Assembly: GCA_038063195.1 (NCBI GenBank)
Contig: JBBTVO010000003.1
Coordinates: 1-55,284 of the forward strand
Origin: Patescibacteria group bacterium
Lineage (GTDB): Bacteria > Patescibacteriota > Microgenomatia > Levybacterales > UBA12049
Reading direction: 5' to 3'
DNA length: 55,284 bases
Shown here in pieces: positions 18,144-26,975 of this stretch. The first letter of the stretch is position 1. Every line of letters begins with the position of its first letter. The notes beneath the pieces are model-generated. The model did no database searches. It saw only the letters and a list, made by a program, of their open reading frames with translations, and was not told the origin of the DNA. A program made the translations under genes and the position numbers.

Positions 18144-18460
18144 GCAGTATTGTTCTCGTTACATTTCCATTTTCAGATTTGAAAGGCCAGAAAGTACGAC
18201 CGGCGCTTGTTTTGGCAAACGTTGAATTTAATAACCTCATTCTGTGTCAAATTACTTCAAAGCCATATTCAAGCAAAATATCAATTCGTCTTACATCGAC
18301 TGATTTTGCAACAGGTGGTTTACCAATTGTCAGCTACGTACGGCCGGATAAGCTGTTTACGGCTGATACGACTATTATAAAAAAGACTGTTGGGAAGTTA
18401 TCTAGTAAAACTACAGATAAAGTTTTAAAAAATATCCGCGCACTATTTAAATCTTCATAA
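18125..18460 (+). CDS. mazF: MazF/PemK family endoribonuclease toxin
   Basis: GSIVLVTFPFSDLKGQKVRPALVLA; ATG at 18125 overlaps the mazE end. Confidence 0.8.
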   Translation: MGKFAVGSIVLVTFPFSDLKGQKVRPALVLANVEFNNLILCQITSKPYSSKISIRLTSTDFATGGLPIVSYVRPDKLFTADTTIIKKTVGKLSSKTTDKVLKNIRALFKSS

Positions 18461-18466
18461 AGTCAT

Positions 18467-18586
18467 TTACAGAGCGTACCCTCTTTCTGGCAGCTCCTCA
18501 TTTCCAATTTTTTTAGCCATTTCTTCTACGAGCCTAACCATAACTGGATAGCCAACTTGTCTATAATCTCCAAACCTCTCATTCAT
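18467..18586 (-). CDS. possible 39-aa small ORF (MNERFGDYRQVGYPVMVRLVEEMAKKIGNEELPERGYAL)
   Basis: Open frame below the track length cut-off, in otherwise unexplained DNA. Confidence 0.2.
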   Translation of the reverse strand: MNERFGDYRQVGYPVMVRLVEEMAKKIGNEELPERGYAL

Positions 18587-18591
18587 AATTC

Positions 18592-18639
18592 TTTTTGACA
18601 AATATTTAAAATAGCTTCTGTTTGATTTTCCGCCCCCAA
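18592..18639 (+). repeat. direct repeat copy B (non-coding relic of the hydrolase 3' end plus junction motif)
   Basis: TTTTTGACAAATATTTAAAATAGCTTCTGTTTGATTTTCCGCCCCCAA. Confidence 0.75.
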
Positions 18640-18693
18640 ATTAATCTTATAGTTTGACTTTAATCGGGATTTTTGGTATATTTTTAACTTACT

Positions 18694-19050
18694 ATGGAAT
18701 TTGAGTCCGATTCGGAAACCGGTAATTCAGAAAATGTAAATGACTATTCGCGATTGGGTGAACGGGAAGAAAACGCCGTAAGAATAGCGACAAGAGGTTT
18801 GGCAAAGTGGTTCTCTGAGGATGAAAAACCTCCGCCTATGAAAGTAGTAATTACACAGGAAAACCCGTTTGATTTTAGGTCATTCGTGGCCGTATTGCGC
18901 GAAGATGGGATAGATGTTATGGGATCTCTTAAGGAAGTCAGTGATGGTGTCTTGGTATTTCAGCCTAATTTATGTGATTCTGAGACGGAAGAATCAATAC
19001 TGGGTGAAACAATAGTAATCCCCGAGGGTCTTGAAAAATATTTCAAGTAA
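18694..19050 (+). CDS. hypothetical acidic protein
   Basis: 118-aa ORF with TTGACT-17-TATATT promoter. Confidence 0.45.
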   Translation: MEFESDSETGNSENVNDYSRLGEREENAVRIATRGLAKWFSEDEKPPPMKVVITQENPFDFRSFVAVLREDGIDVMGSLKEVSDGVLVFQPNLCDSETEESILGETIVIPEGLEKYFK

Positions 19051-19057
19051 TTTCATA

Positions 19058-19076
19058 GCTTGATTTCCCGCCTCAA
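19058..19076 (+). repeat. 19-bp junction motif copy (GCTTGATTTCCCGCCTCAA)
   Basis: Lies 8 nt after the stop of 18694..19050. Confidence 0.7.
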
Positions 19077-19124
19077 CCTTAGATTGTTGACTATTTATTT
19101 TTTATATTTTATAATCTGTCCACG

Positions 19125-19562
19125 ATGACTACTGAGACAAGACCTGAAGCAAATGTAACAGAAATTCCGTATGCCGATTTTGAAATAGGGATGATAAAAG
19201 ATTTAATGCCCGCTTGGGATGGTGCGTCTCAAGATTTAGGTAAAGGTTTGCAAAGTCACTTTTTCTACAAAGTCGGAGATGACGTTACGCGAATAACTCT
19301 AGATTTTTATCCTCATCAGAAAGATGCTTGGCTTAGAGAAAATCCCGTCATAGCTACAGGACAAAGAAGAGAAGTACTGGCTGAAGATTATCACCATCTT
19401 ACAGAAATTTCAACAGTGGTAATTTATGGAGACGAAGGTAGGGTTACTTTTTTCGCTAAGGATAAAAGAAGTTTTCTTGAGATTTCAAATGGAGGCAGAG
19501 CTTTAGTTTTACAACAGCATCGGAATAGAACTGATACTACTACAAGAATAAACCTTCCGTAA
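19125..19562 (+). CDS. hypothetical protein
   Basis: 145-aa ORF with TTGACT-17-TATAAT promoter 9 nt upstream. Confidence 0.45.
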   Translation: MTTETRPEANVTEIPYADFEIGMIKDLMPAWDGASQDLGKGLQSHFFYKVGDDVTRITLDFYPHQKDAWLRENPVIATGQRREVLAEDYHHLTEISTVVIYGDEGRVTFFAKDKRSFLEISNGGRALVLQQHRNRTDTTTRINLP

Positions 19563-19574
19563 ATCGAACAAACT

Positions 19575-19593
19575 CCTTGATTTTCCGCCCCAA
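19575..19593 (+). repeat. 19-bp junction motif copy (CCTTGATTTTCCGCCCCAA)
   Basis: Lies 13 nt after the stop of 19125..19562 and is followed by GTGATATAATTTCCTCATG. Confidence 0.7.
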
Positions 19594-19601
19594 CCAGCGC
19601 G

Positions 19602-19610
19602 TGATATAAT
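19602..19610 (+). promoter_or_regulatory. extended -10 TGATATAAT, 6 nt before the ATG at 19617
   Basis: Read directly. Confidence 0.55.
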
Positions 19611-19616
19611 TTCCTC

Positions 19617-19841
19617 ATGCCAGTTGTATTTTCGGATCATGCTAAATTTCAACTTAAAGAGCGTAATATATCTCAAAAAAGAATGCTTGAAGTAGTGATG
19701 AATCCAACCGAAACAAGTCAAAGTTTCAAGAATAGGCGATTGTGGAGAAAATCGTTTGGTGGTAAAATATTACAAGCAGTAACCATAACAGAAGGTTCGA
19801 AAATAACTGTCATCAGCGGTTATTACTTAAGAAAAAAATAA
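19617..19841 (+). CDS. DUF4258 toxin-like protein
   Basis: SDHAKFQLKERNISQKRMLEVV motif; paired with DUF2283. Confidence 0.65.
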   Translation: MPVVFSDHAKFQLKERNISQKRMLEVVMNPTETSQSFKNRRLWRKSFGGKILQAVTITEGSKITVISGYYLRKK

Positions 19842-19842
19842 T

Positions 19843-20049
19843 ATGAAAATACATTACGATCCAAAAATAGACGCTGTTTATTTTAAATTAGCAAAGGGTA
19901 AATACGACGCGAGTCGTGAGATATCCAGTTCTATTATAGTGGATGAAGACAAGAATGGTAAAGTTTTGGGAATTGAGATTTTGGATGCAACAAAAAATAT
20001 AAATGCCTTTAATCCAAAAAACCCAAGGTCTTCCTTAAGCACTTCTTAA
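19843..20049 (+). CDS. DUF2283 antitoxin-like protein
   Basis: MKIHYDPKIDAVYFKL...VLGIEILDA. Confidence 0.7.
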   Translation: MKIHYDPKIDAVYFKLAKGKYDASREISSSIIVDEDKNGKVLGIEILDATKNINAFNPKNPRSSLSTS

Positions 20050-20063
20050 TCTCCTTGCTTGTC

Positions 20064-20107
20064 CTGAGTTTACCGAAGGGCTTCTATTGCACTTCGGCTC
20101 CGCTCAG
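20064..20107. terminator. GC-rich compound hairpin CTGAG-TTTA-CCGAAG...CTTCGG-CTCCG-CTCAG between convergent genes
   Basis: Nested inverted repeats; may be a terminator or a REP-like element. Confidence 0.4.
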
Positions 20108-20125
20108 TACATGCCACCGTGGTTA

Positions 20126-20395
20126 TTACTTGAATTGTACGTGAAGAGATGTGCCGAGGGCATTTGCCATTTTTCTAAGAAATGAAAGAGAGGGGAGTGA
20201 TGATGCACTTTCAGCGCGCGATATTACCGATTGGCGGGTTTTAAGTTTTTTCGCAAGCTGAGCTTGTGTCAGGCCGCTCCTGATTCTTCCTCGAATAATC
20301 TCGCGTGCCACCTCATATTCCAGACGAGTTTCTTCCAAGGCTTTTCTAAATTCAGGGTCTTTCAGGAGAATTTTTTTGTGAGTTTCCCAATCCAT
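20126..20395 (-). CDS. XRE-family HTH (HigA-like) protein
   Basis: GLTQAQLAKKLKTRQSVISRAES. Confidence 0.75.
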   Translation of the reverse strand: MDWETHKKILLKDPEFRKALEETRLEYEVAREIIRGRIRSGLTQAQLAKKLKTRQSVISRAESASSLPSLSFLRKMANALGTSLHVQFK

Positions 20396-20419
20396 ATAAA
20401 ATAATTATATCACAATTTT

Positions 20420-21355
20420 GTGATAATGCAATCTTACTTCATAATTTCCTGCTTCTTTGCTATACTGAGTAAAGTGCAGAAAAATTCCCATTACCAGACT
20501 CTTAAAGAGAAGTGGTCGCAGAAGCACGAGGCGGCCCGGAAAAGATTCGAAGAAAAGCATAAGGAAACTCTCGCGTTTCTCATAGACCGAATTCCCGCTA
20601 AAGATAAGATTGCAAGTGGCGCGGCAAGCCTCATAATGCTTTCGACCAATCTTAACCCAGCGACTGCATTTGCTCAGGCAGCTACAAAAACACCACCGCT
20701 GGTTATTGAAGAAAATCGTGCAAGCAGAATTGAAAAATTACTTTCGGATTTAAAAACAGTAGTGCCTTCGGAGATGAGAAGTTTAACTCCTGAGGAAGAG
20801 GCGAGTACTTCGGCAATTCTTTCAAGAAATTTCAATATGGAAGTAGTTCCGGATATTAACGGACTGCGATTGAATCGAACTTACGGGATGATGGGGGCTG
20901 AACAGCACCTCATGCGCTATCCGGGAGACACAATGTACGGACATTTTGATAGTGAAAGTGAGAATTTTTATTCTTCGGGAATGGCTCCCGGACGCGGGGC
21001 GTGGGGATATTTCGCAAATTCGAAGGAGGAGTTGACGGTTGAGGATAGAGAGCGGGAGAAATGGTATATTGCGGTTCAGAGCTTTCTCGCAGTAGATTAC
21101 AACTCAAGGCCTTCTGAGTACAGGGATTTTTTCAAATATAGAAAAATGCTCGTTGTAAATCCTAAGACCGGGCAGGCAATAGTAAGTGATATTGCAGATG
21201 CGGGGCCTGCGGTCTGGACAGGAAAGCATCTGGGAGGCTCACCTGAAGTAATGTATTACTTGGGTATTCATCAGGGACCGCGCAAAGGCGGAGTTTTATA
21301 CTTTTTCATCAATGATCCCAATGATACAATTCCCTTAGGCCCTATCAATCTATGA
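20420..21355 (+). CDS. secreted RlpA/DPBB-like (double-psi beta-barrel) protein; start uncertain
   Basis: VNPKTGQAIVSDIADAGPAVWTGKHLGGSPEVMYYLG resembles the RlpA-type DPBB domain. An in-frame GTG at 20474 lies 7 nt after TATACT. Confidence 0.5.
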   Translation: MIMQSYFIISCFFAILSKVQKNSHYQTLKEKWSQKHEAARKRFEEKHKETLAFLIDRIPAKDKIASGAASLIMLSTNLNPATAFAQAATKTPPLVIEENRASRIEKLLSDLKTVVPSEMRSLTPEEEASTSAILSRNFNMEVVPDINGLRLNRTYGMMGAEQHLMRYPGDTMYGHFDSESENFYSSGMAPGRGAWGYFANSKEELTVEDREREKWYIAVQSFLAVDYNSRPSEYRDFFKYRKMLVVNPKTGQAIVSDIADAGPAVWTGKHLGGSPEVMYYLGIHQGPRKGGVLYFFINDPNDTIPLGPINL

Positions 21356-21690
21356 AAAAGAAATATTTCTACAGCCATCTGGTAAATATTAAAATATTAA
21401 TCATTGAGCTTGATAGTTTAAGTTTGTCATCTTCGGAGAAAGAGGAGCTTATCGAGCTTGCGCATAAAAATATTCACCATGAGGTTATGGACACAATAGC
21501 ATCGGATCTTGAAAATGAGGATAAGAAAAAGTTTCTGGAGCTTGTTGAAGAGGGGGAGCACGAGAAAGTCTGGCTTCATATTAAAGAGAAGACGAAGAAT
21601 GTTGAAGAAAAGATAAAACAGGCGGTTGATCAGATAAGGAAAGAACTAATCGAAGATATAAAGAAAATAAAAGAGCCAAAGACTAATTAA
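21352..21690 (+). CDS. acidic coiled-coil protein
   Basis: 112-aa ORF overlapping the upstream stop (ATGA). Confidence 0.4.
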   Translation: MKKKYFYSHLVNIKILIIELDSLSLSSSEKEELIELAHKNIHHEVMDTIASDLENEDKKKFLELVEEGEHEKVWLHIKEKTKNVEEKIKQAVDQIRKELIEDIKKIKEPKTN

Positions 21691-21697
21691 AACAGGA

Positions 21698-21725
21698 TTG
21701 ACTTTTTTATCTTTAAGAATATAAT
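21698..21725 (+). promoter_or_regulatory. TTGACT-16-TATAAT, 6 nt before the ATG at 21732
   Basis: Read directly. Confidence 0.6.
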
Positions 21726-21731
21726 ACTTTT

Positions 21732-23195
21732 ATGCTTAGAGACAGAGATAATCATCTTTCCTTAGGACGAAATGCCTTACTTAAGGGAACCACTCTTGCT
21801 GCAATAGTCATTGGAGGAGCGGGATGCGATATACTTGGAGGATCGGATAATCAACAAGGAAATGATGGTAGGCCTACAGCTTCAGCATCTCCTGAGGAGC
21901 TTCCGCATTCAGACGAAGCCTCACCAGAAAAGGTTTTGCAGCTTTACCAGGAATCACGAGACATAAATAACGAATATTTTAATTATAGAAGACAGGGTCT
22001 TTCACAAGAAGAGTTAAGAGTTATGTCTAACGGCTTGACCGTAGCTAAAGTGCGTGCGATGTGGGCGCATAGCTCTTTTCCGCAAGACCCTTTCGTCAAA
22101 AACGAGGGGCACACGATTATTTTTAACGGAGGAAGAAAGCTTAATCTTGAAAATCCAAATGATTTTGTCTTGGGTACAGCTTATGTCGACTATCTCTTTA
22201 ACAATACGTTTGAAGATGTGTTAGATACTGATACTACTGGATTTTGGTATTACAGACAGAAATTTAATTCTTTCGAAGGAATCGATGATATCTTCTGGCT
22301 TTCTGAAAATGTCAAATTAGAGATGGGAGATGTGCCCCCAATTGCAAGGACGAAAAGCTTAGAAGAATTGGCCAAAGGCCTTCAGTTTATACAGAAAGCA
22401 GATATGCCATTACCTACAAATGCAAGAATCGAATATATAAGTTGGGAGAATGAAAACCCTTACGAAAATACTGAAAAAGATACTTTGTTGTTGCAAGTTT
22501 ATTCTATTCCTGACGGAGATTTTAGAGTTGGGACATCTCTTACAGACTATTTAATTGCGCAAAACCCTCAAATTTTAGAAGACTATAAGGAAAAAGTTTC
22601 CGAACTTTTTGAACAATATGGAGAGAACATAACGGAATCGGCGCTGATTTCTTCTGATGATTTCTCATACGTTTATGATGATGAAACCGAGTTGTCAGTA
22701 ATTCTCTCAGACTACATTAATGATGGAGTCAGTTTTAGAAAAAAAATTGCCTATGCTCGCGCGACGGGTCATGAGGCTGAGGCCGCTATTATAGGCGCTA
22801 AGTATGATTACGCGAGACAGCTTTTCGGAGGCAATGAGACTGTAGTAGATGGTAGGGTTTATGAATCCGTTGATTATCAAGTGGGCGATGTTATCAGAAT
22901 TTCCGATTATGATGATTATGCAAGACCGGGAATTTTCTTAAGAGAAGAAGCTGATGCGGGAATTGATCCCGATCATCGGCCTGCTGTTTATGATGGATGG
23001 ACGCTACGCATAATAGCAGGCCCGGTTGTGACTCTGGATGACGTCAATCATGAAGCTACAATAATGTGGCAAGTAGAAGATGGGGATTTTGTTAGTAAGA
23101 GAGTTTTTATTGGAGATGAATCGAGGACTGGATGGGTATCAAGTGAATATCTTGGTGAGATTATATCAAATACTCAAGTTCCTTCTGAAAATTGA
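21732..23195 (+). CDS. putative lipoprotein with C-terminal SH3b-like domain
   Basis: Lipobox-like IGGAGC after the hydrophobic N-terminus; C-terminal YQVGDVIRIS...GWVSSEYL. Confidence 0.5.
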   Translation: MLRDRDNHLSLGRNALLKGTTLAAIVIGGAGCDILGGSDNQQGNDGRPTASASPEELPHSDEASPEKVLQLYQESRDINNEYFNYRRQGLSQEELRVMSNGLTVAKVRAMWAHSSFPQDPFVKNEGHTIIFNGGRKLNLENPNDFVLGTAYVDYLFNNTFEDVLDTDTTGFWYYRQKFNSFEGIDDIFWLSENVKLEMGDVPPIARTKSLEELAKGLQFIQKADMPLPTNARIEYISWENENPYENTEKDTLLLQVYSIPDGDFRVGTSLTDYLIAQNPQILEDYKEKVSELFEQYGENITESALISSDDFSYVYDDETELSVILSDYINDGVSFRKKIAYARATGHEAEAAIIGAKYDYARQLFGGNETVVDGRVYESVDYQVGDVIRISDYDDYARPGIFLREEADAGIDPDHRPAVYDGWTLRIIAGPVVTLDDVNHEATIMWQVEDGDFVSKRVFIGDESRTGWVSSEYLGEIISNTQVPSEN

Positions 23196-23237
23196 ACTAT
23201 CTAAGAATATCAAGCAACTTAAAAAGTCTTAAGTTGA

Positions 23238-23912
23238 TTAGTTTTTTTCTTTTGAAGGACGGGAAGTAGGGGATTCGAGTCTTTCTTTTGTTCGTCTCCA
23301 GACTTCTTGGATGCCTTCGCTTCCTTTGATTACAACAAGTCTTCCTTCTCTTGCAAGTTTGTGAAGCATGAGGCTTGTATTTTTTCTATATATTTCAAGC
23401 CTTTTCTCAACAGTTTCTGGAATGTCGTCAGGTCGCGGTTTTGTATTTTCCCTCAAGGCGCTTTCATATCTTCCTCCAGCTCTTTTTCTCGAGTGCTCAT
23501 CAAGTATTGCAATGCAAGCAAAACTTGTCTCTACGGCATGACGCTGTCGCAGGCTCTCCATGAGCTTATCCGTCGAATCAAGTTGAGGAATGGTTCTTGG
23601 GAACCCTGTAAATATAAAAGTAGTAATTCCTTTTTCTGCATTTTTCTCGATGACAGTTTCAACCATAGGGAATATAACCTCATCCGGTATAAGTGCACCT
23701 TGCTTATCAACTGCTTCAATATATGGCTCAATTCTAGAAAAAAATCCTGCGTACTCTCCTTGCTGTGATTTAGCTCCTCTATAAATGTCACCCGTAGAAA
23801 GTCTTATGGAGTTGGGAATTGTTTCAAGCAAAAGATTCGCCTGAGTATCTTTGCCTCCTGAGCCTTTGCCGTTGATGAAGATAAAATTAAGAGCAGGAGA
23901 ATCTGGTGTCAT
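23238..23912 (-). CDS. adk: adenylate kinase family nucleoside-monophosphate kinase
   Basis: GKGSGGKDTQANLL P-loop, LSTGDIYR, GFPRT. Confidence 0.6.
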   Translation of the reverse strand: MTPDSPALNFIFINGKGSGGKDTQANLLLETIPNSIRLSTGDIYRGAKSQQGEYAGFFSRIEPYIEAVDKQGALIPDEVIFPMVETVIEKNAEKGITTFIFTGFPRTIPQLDSTDKLMESLRQRHAVETSFACIAILDEHSRKRAGGRYESALRENTKPRPDDIPETVEKRLEIYRKNTSLMLHKLAREGRLVVIKGSEGIQEVWRRTKERLESPTSRPSKEKN

Positions 23913-23996
23913 AGAGAGAGAGCAGTTCTGAAATTATATTCTATTTATAATATAAGTCAAGAATTTCTTATTTCTTTTGGCACAATCTTCGTGCTC

Positions 23997-24005
23997 TGAT
24001 ATAAT
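23997..24005 (+). promoter_or_regulatory. extended -10 TGATATAAT, 6 nt before the ychF GTG at 24012
   Basis: Read directly. Confidence 0.55.
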
Positions 24006-24011
24006 CTACAT

Positions 24012-25118
24012 GTGAATCTTTCTATTGCGATTATCGGATTGCCAAATGTCGGCAAATCCACGCTTTTTAACGCGCTCCTTAAGAAACAGTCCACCTTCGC
24101 TGAAGCTTCGGCGGGACAAGCAGGCTCTGGGATTGCCCGAGTAGGGAATTACCCATTTACCACCATTGAACCAAATGTAGGGATTGTTCCTGTGCCCGAT
24201 GACAGACTCGAAAAGCTTGCGGAAATTACAAAAGAAGAAGAAGGAATGCAAAATTTGCCTCCCATAAAACCTGCAATTGTAAAATTTATCGATATTGCGG
24301 GGCTCGTAAAAGGCGCGTCTCAGGGCGAAGGCCTTGGAAATAAATTCTTATCACACATACGTGAAGCAGATATTATATGTCACGTCCAGAGATATTTTAA
24401 GGATCCCAACATAGTCCATGTTTCAGATGAGCCCAAGCCTCAAGATGATAAAATAACTATCAACACCGAACTTATTTTGGCAGATCTTGAGACTCTTATC
24501 AAGCAGCTTCCGCCAAGAAAAACCACAAAAGAGGATAGAATTCGCTGGCAGGTAATAGTAACTCTTCGGAACGAGCTTAATAACGGAATTTTGGCAAAAG
24601 ACGTAAAGCTTACAGAGGAAGAAAAGGAAATGGCAAAAAATCTCAATCTTATTACAGCAAAGCCCACTTTTTTCATCGCAAATGTAGGAGAAGAAGATCT
24701 TAAAAAAGATTTTGGAAAAGATACTATTGCGGTAAGTGCTAAGACCGAAGCAGAACTTGCGGAGCTATCTGCCGGTGAACAGAGAGAATACTTAAACAGT
24801 TTAGGATTAAAACAATCTGGACTCGAGAGAGTAATTGAGAAAGGTTATGAAATGCTTGGACTAATTTCATTCCTCACGGCAGGAGAGAAAGAAGTGCGGG
24901 CGTGGACCATAGAAAAGGATATGAATGCGGTCGATGCCGCGGGAGTAATTCATACTGATTTTTCCAAGAAATTTATAAAGGCGGAAATTGCGGCTTATCA
25001 CGAATTTGTCGAAAATAACGGATGGAGAGGAAGTAGGGCGAATGGTAAAACCCGCTTTGAAGGCCGCGATTACATCATGCACGACGGCGACGTGGTGGAG
25101 TTTAAAATAGGAAGCTAA
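24012..25118 (+). CDS. ychF: ribosome-binding ATPase YchF
   Basis: IIGLPNVGKSTLFNAL, NYPFTTIEPNVG, C-terminal TGS region HTDFSKKFIKAE; GTG 6 nt after TGATATAAT. Confidence 0.9.
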   Translation: MNLSIAIIGLPNVGKSTLFNALLKKQSTFAEASAGQAGSGIARVGNYPFTTIEPNVGIVPVPDDRLEKLAEITKEEEGMQNLPPIKPAIVKFIDIAGLVKGASQGEGLGNKFLSHIREADIICHVQRYFKDPNIVHVSDEPKPQDDKITINTELILADLETLIKQLPPRKTTKEDRIRWQVIVTLRNELNNGILAKDVKLTEEEKEMAKNLNLITAKPTFFIANVGEEDLKKDFGKDTIAVSAKTEAELAELSAGEQREYLNSLGLKQSGLERVIEKGYEMLGLISFLTAGEKEVRAWTIEKDMNAVDAAGVIHTDFSKKFIKAEIAAYHEFVENNGWRGSRANGKTRFEGRDYIMHDGDVVEFKIGS

Positions 25119-25765
25119 GCTTTATTGGGGTTCCTTGAAATTCTAGTAACTATGCTTAAAAGTTGAGGTGATAACGGGAATCTTTGCAATCTTAATCCTG
25201 CTTTTTCTCTTTCGGTCTCCCTTCTTACCAGCTCGCCCTTACGATAATTTTCAACAAATGTTGGTCTTGATTCTTCAAGAATTTCGTCTGACTTAAATAC
25301 CCAATCTATATCTACACCAGCTCTTTCGAAAAGATATTCAGCTCTTTTAAGATGAAAGCCGACAGTGAGTAATCCCATGTTTTTATAACCTTTGTCCTTC
25401 TGTATCCGTTTAAATTTACTTGCGTTCGTCCATGTATCCAATGATTCCTCCTCGAGTAGCACATCCTCATCAGGAATAGATGGGAAAATTCTAAGGAGTT
25501 GTCTTTTCATTGCTTCTGCCTCCGAAGGAACATTTTTGCCGGAAGTATGGCCGGTAGAAAATATAATTTTTCCAGTCAGGCCTGCTTTATAAATTATTCC
25601 AGCAGCAAGAACATTGATTCTTGAATGAGGACTTAGATTGAATCTTTGATTTCTCACTCTCTCCGGAGTCCAATCTACGCCTATATTTTTTCCAAGTACG
25701 ACAAGGGGATCCATTTTGCCTTGAAGTTCTGCCTCGAGTCGCGCTCGCGTTTCTGGCCTCATCAT
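25115..25765 (-). CDS. DUF218 (YdcF/SanA/ElyC family) protein
   Basis: VLAAGIIYKAGLTGKIIFSTGHTSG. The ATG at 25765 is preferred, 8 nt after TATAAT; the track GTG at 25771 is only 2 nt after it. Confidence 0.6.
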   Translation of the reverse strand: MMRPETRARLEAELQGKMDPLVVLGKNIGVDWTPERVRNQRFNLSPHSRINVLAAGIIYKAGLTGKIIFSTGHTSGKNVPSEAEAMKRQLLRIFPSIPDEDVLLEEESLDTWTNASKFKRIQKDKGYKNMGLLTVGFHLKRAEYLFERAGVDIDWVFKSDEILEESRPTFVENYRKGELVRRETEREKAGLRLQRFPLSPQLLSIVTRISRNPNKA

Positions 25766-25886
25766 AGGCACAGATTATATCCCGGATTATAAGATTTGTC
25801 AAATGATATATTGCAATTTTGAGGCTCAGATGGTAGGATTAGAAAACTCCCCGCCGCTGCGATTGCAGCTTTGAAGGAGCAAGCTT

Positions 25887-26318
25887 ATGCGAGCGTACGA
25901 ATTAATACTTATTCTGCGTCCAACTCTCAAGGACGAGGAGCGAAAAAAATTAGTCAGCACGGTTAAAGATTTTCTGGGAAAGCCGGAGGTTGTTAAAGAA
26001 GATGACTGGGGGCAGAAAACCCTTGCCTACATGATAAAGAAAGAAACCTCAGGTCATTACACCCGTCTTATGCTTGAGATGGAGACAGATATTCCGCAGG
26101 ATTTTGAGAAAAGGCTAATAACTCATGACGGTATTTTAAGACATTTATTTCTAAGGAGAGAAGAGAATGAGAAGAAGCCAAGTGTAAAAGCAGAAGCTCC
26201 AAAAGCTATGGCTTCAAAACCCTCCGCTTCCGCCAAGGTTCCAACGGACAAGGCCAAAAAAGCAGCATCAAAGCCCACAAAGCAAAAGCAAAAACCAATA
26301 AAACAAAAAAGTAACTAG
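25887..26318 (+). CDS. rpsF: 30S ribosomal protein S6 with K/A-rich C-terminal extension
   Basis: MRAYELILILRP...; rpsF-ssb-rpsR synteny; SD GAAGGAG. Confidence 0.85.
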   Translation: MRAYELILILRPTLKDEERKKLVSTVKDFLGKPEVVKEDDWGQKTLAYMIKKETSGHYTRLMLEMETDIPQDFEKRLITHDGILRHLFLRREENEKKPSVKAEAPKAMASKPSASAKVPTDKAKKAASKPTKQKQKPIKQKSN

Positions 26319-26350
26319 TCGCTAGTTGCTAATCGCTATTTTAACTATTT
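26316..26350. repeat. heptamer array TAGTCGC TAGTTGC TAATCGC TATTTTA ACTATTT
   Basis: Starts with the rpsF stop codon and fills the rpsF-ssb spacer. Confidence 0.8.
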
Positions 26351-26354
26351 TATT

Positions 26355-26903
26355 ATGGCAAGAAGTCTAAACAGAGTTCAAATTATCGGAAACCTTACGC
26401 GCGATCCCGAGCTTCGATATACTCCCAACGGCACAGCGGTATGCTCATTTTCAGTCGCGACCAATAGGAATTGGACGACAGACTCAGGCGAGAAAAAAGA
26501 AGACGTAGAATTCCACAGGGTGGTTGCGTGGAATAAGCTTGCCGAAATCTGCTCACAGTTTTTGTTAAAGGGAAGAAAAGTTTATATTGAAGGCCGGCTT
26601 TCCACAAGGTCATGGAACGCGCAGGACGGAACTCAGAAAAGTACGACTGAAATTATTATTACCGATATGATACTTCTTGATTCTAGAAGAACAGAGGAAG
26701 AAAAGATTGACGAAGGTGCTTCATCTGCCTCGCCGGAGGATATTAATGAGTCACAGAGAAAATCCGCCAAAGCAAAAGAAGTAAAAGAAAAGAAAGAAGA
26801 CCTGCCTGCTCGCCTCGATTCGGCGGAGCGGGCCGGCAAGGCAGGAAAAAAGGAAGAAGAAACGGCCGAGGAAGAGATTTCCCCCGATGATATTCCCTTT
26901 TAA
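26355..26903 (+). CDS. ssb: single-stranded DNA-binding protein
   Basis: LNRVQIIGNLTRDPELRYTPNG OB fold, acidic tail ending DDIPF. Confidence 0.9.
   Translation: MARSLNRVQIIGNLTRDPELRYTPNGTAVCSFSVATNRNWTTDSGEKKEDVEFHRVVAWNKLAEICSQFLLKGRKVYIEGRLSTRSWNAQDGTQKSTTEIIITDMILLDSRRTEEEKIDEGASSASPEDINESQRKSAKAKEVKEKKEDLPARLDSAERAGKAGKKEEETAEEEISPDDIPF
26801..26845. repeat. imperfect 45-bp palindrome CCTGCCT...AGGCAGG inside the ssb tail
   Basis: Outer 7-bp arms perfect, inner GCTCGCC/GGCGGAGC arms imperfect; encodes LPARLDSAERAGKAG. Confidence 0.6.
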
Positions 26904-26905
26904 AT

Positions 26906-26940
26906 TAGTAAATAGATACTAGTTAATAGATAATAGTTGT
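26906..26940. repeat. heptamer array TAGTAAA TAGATAC TAGTTAA TAGATAA TAGTTGT
   Basis: Begins 3 nt after the ssb stop. Confidence 0.8.
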
Positions 26941-26975
26941 AAAAACACCTACGAATTGGTAAAATGATGTCTTAC

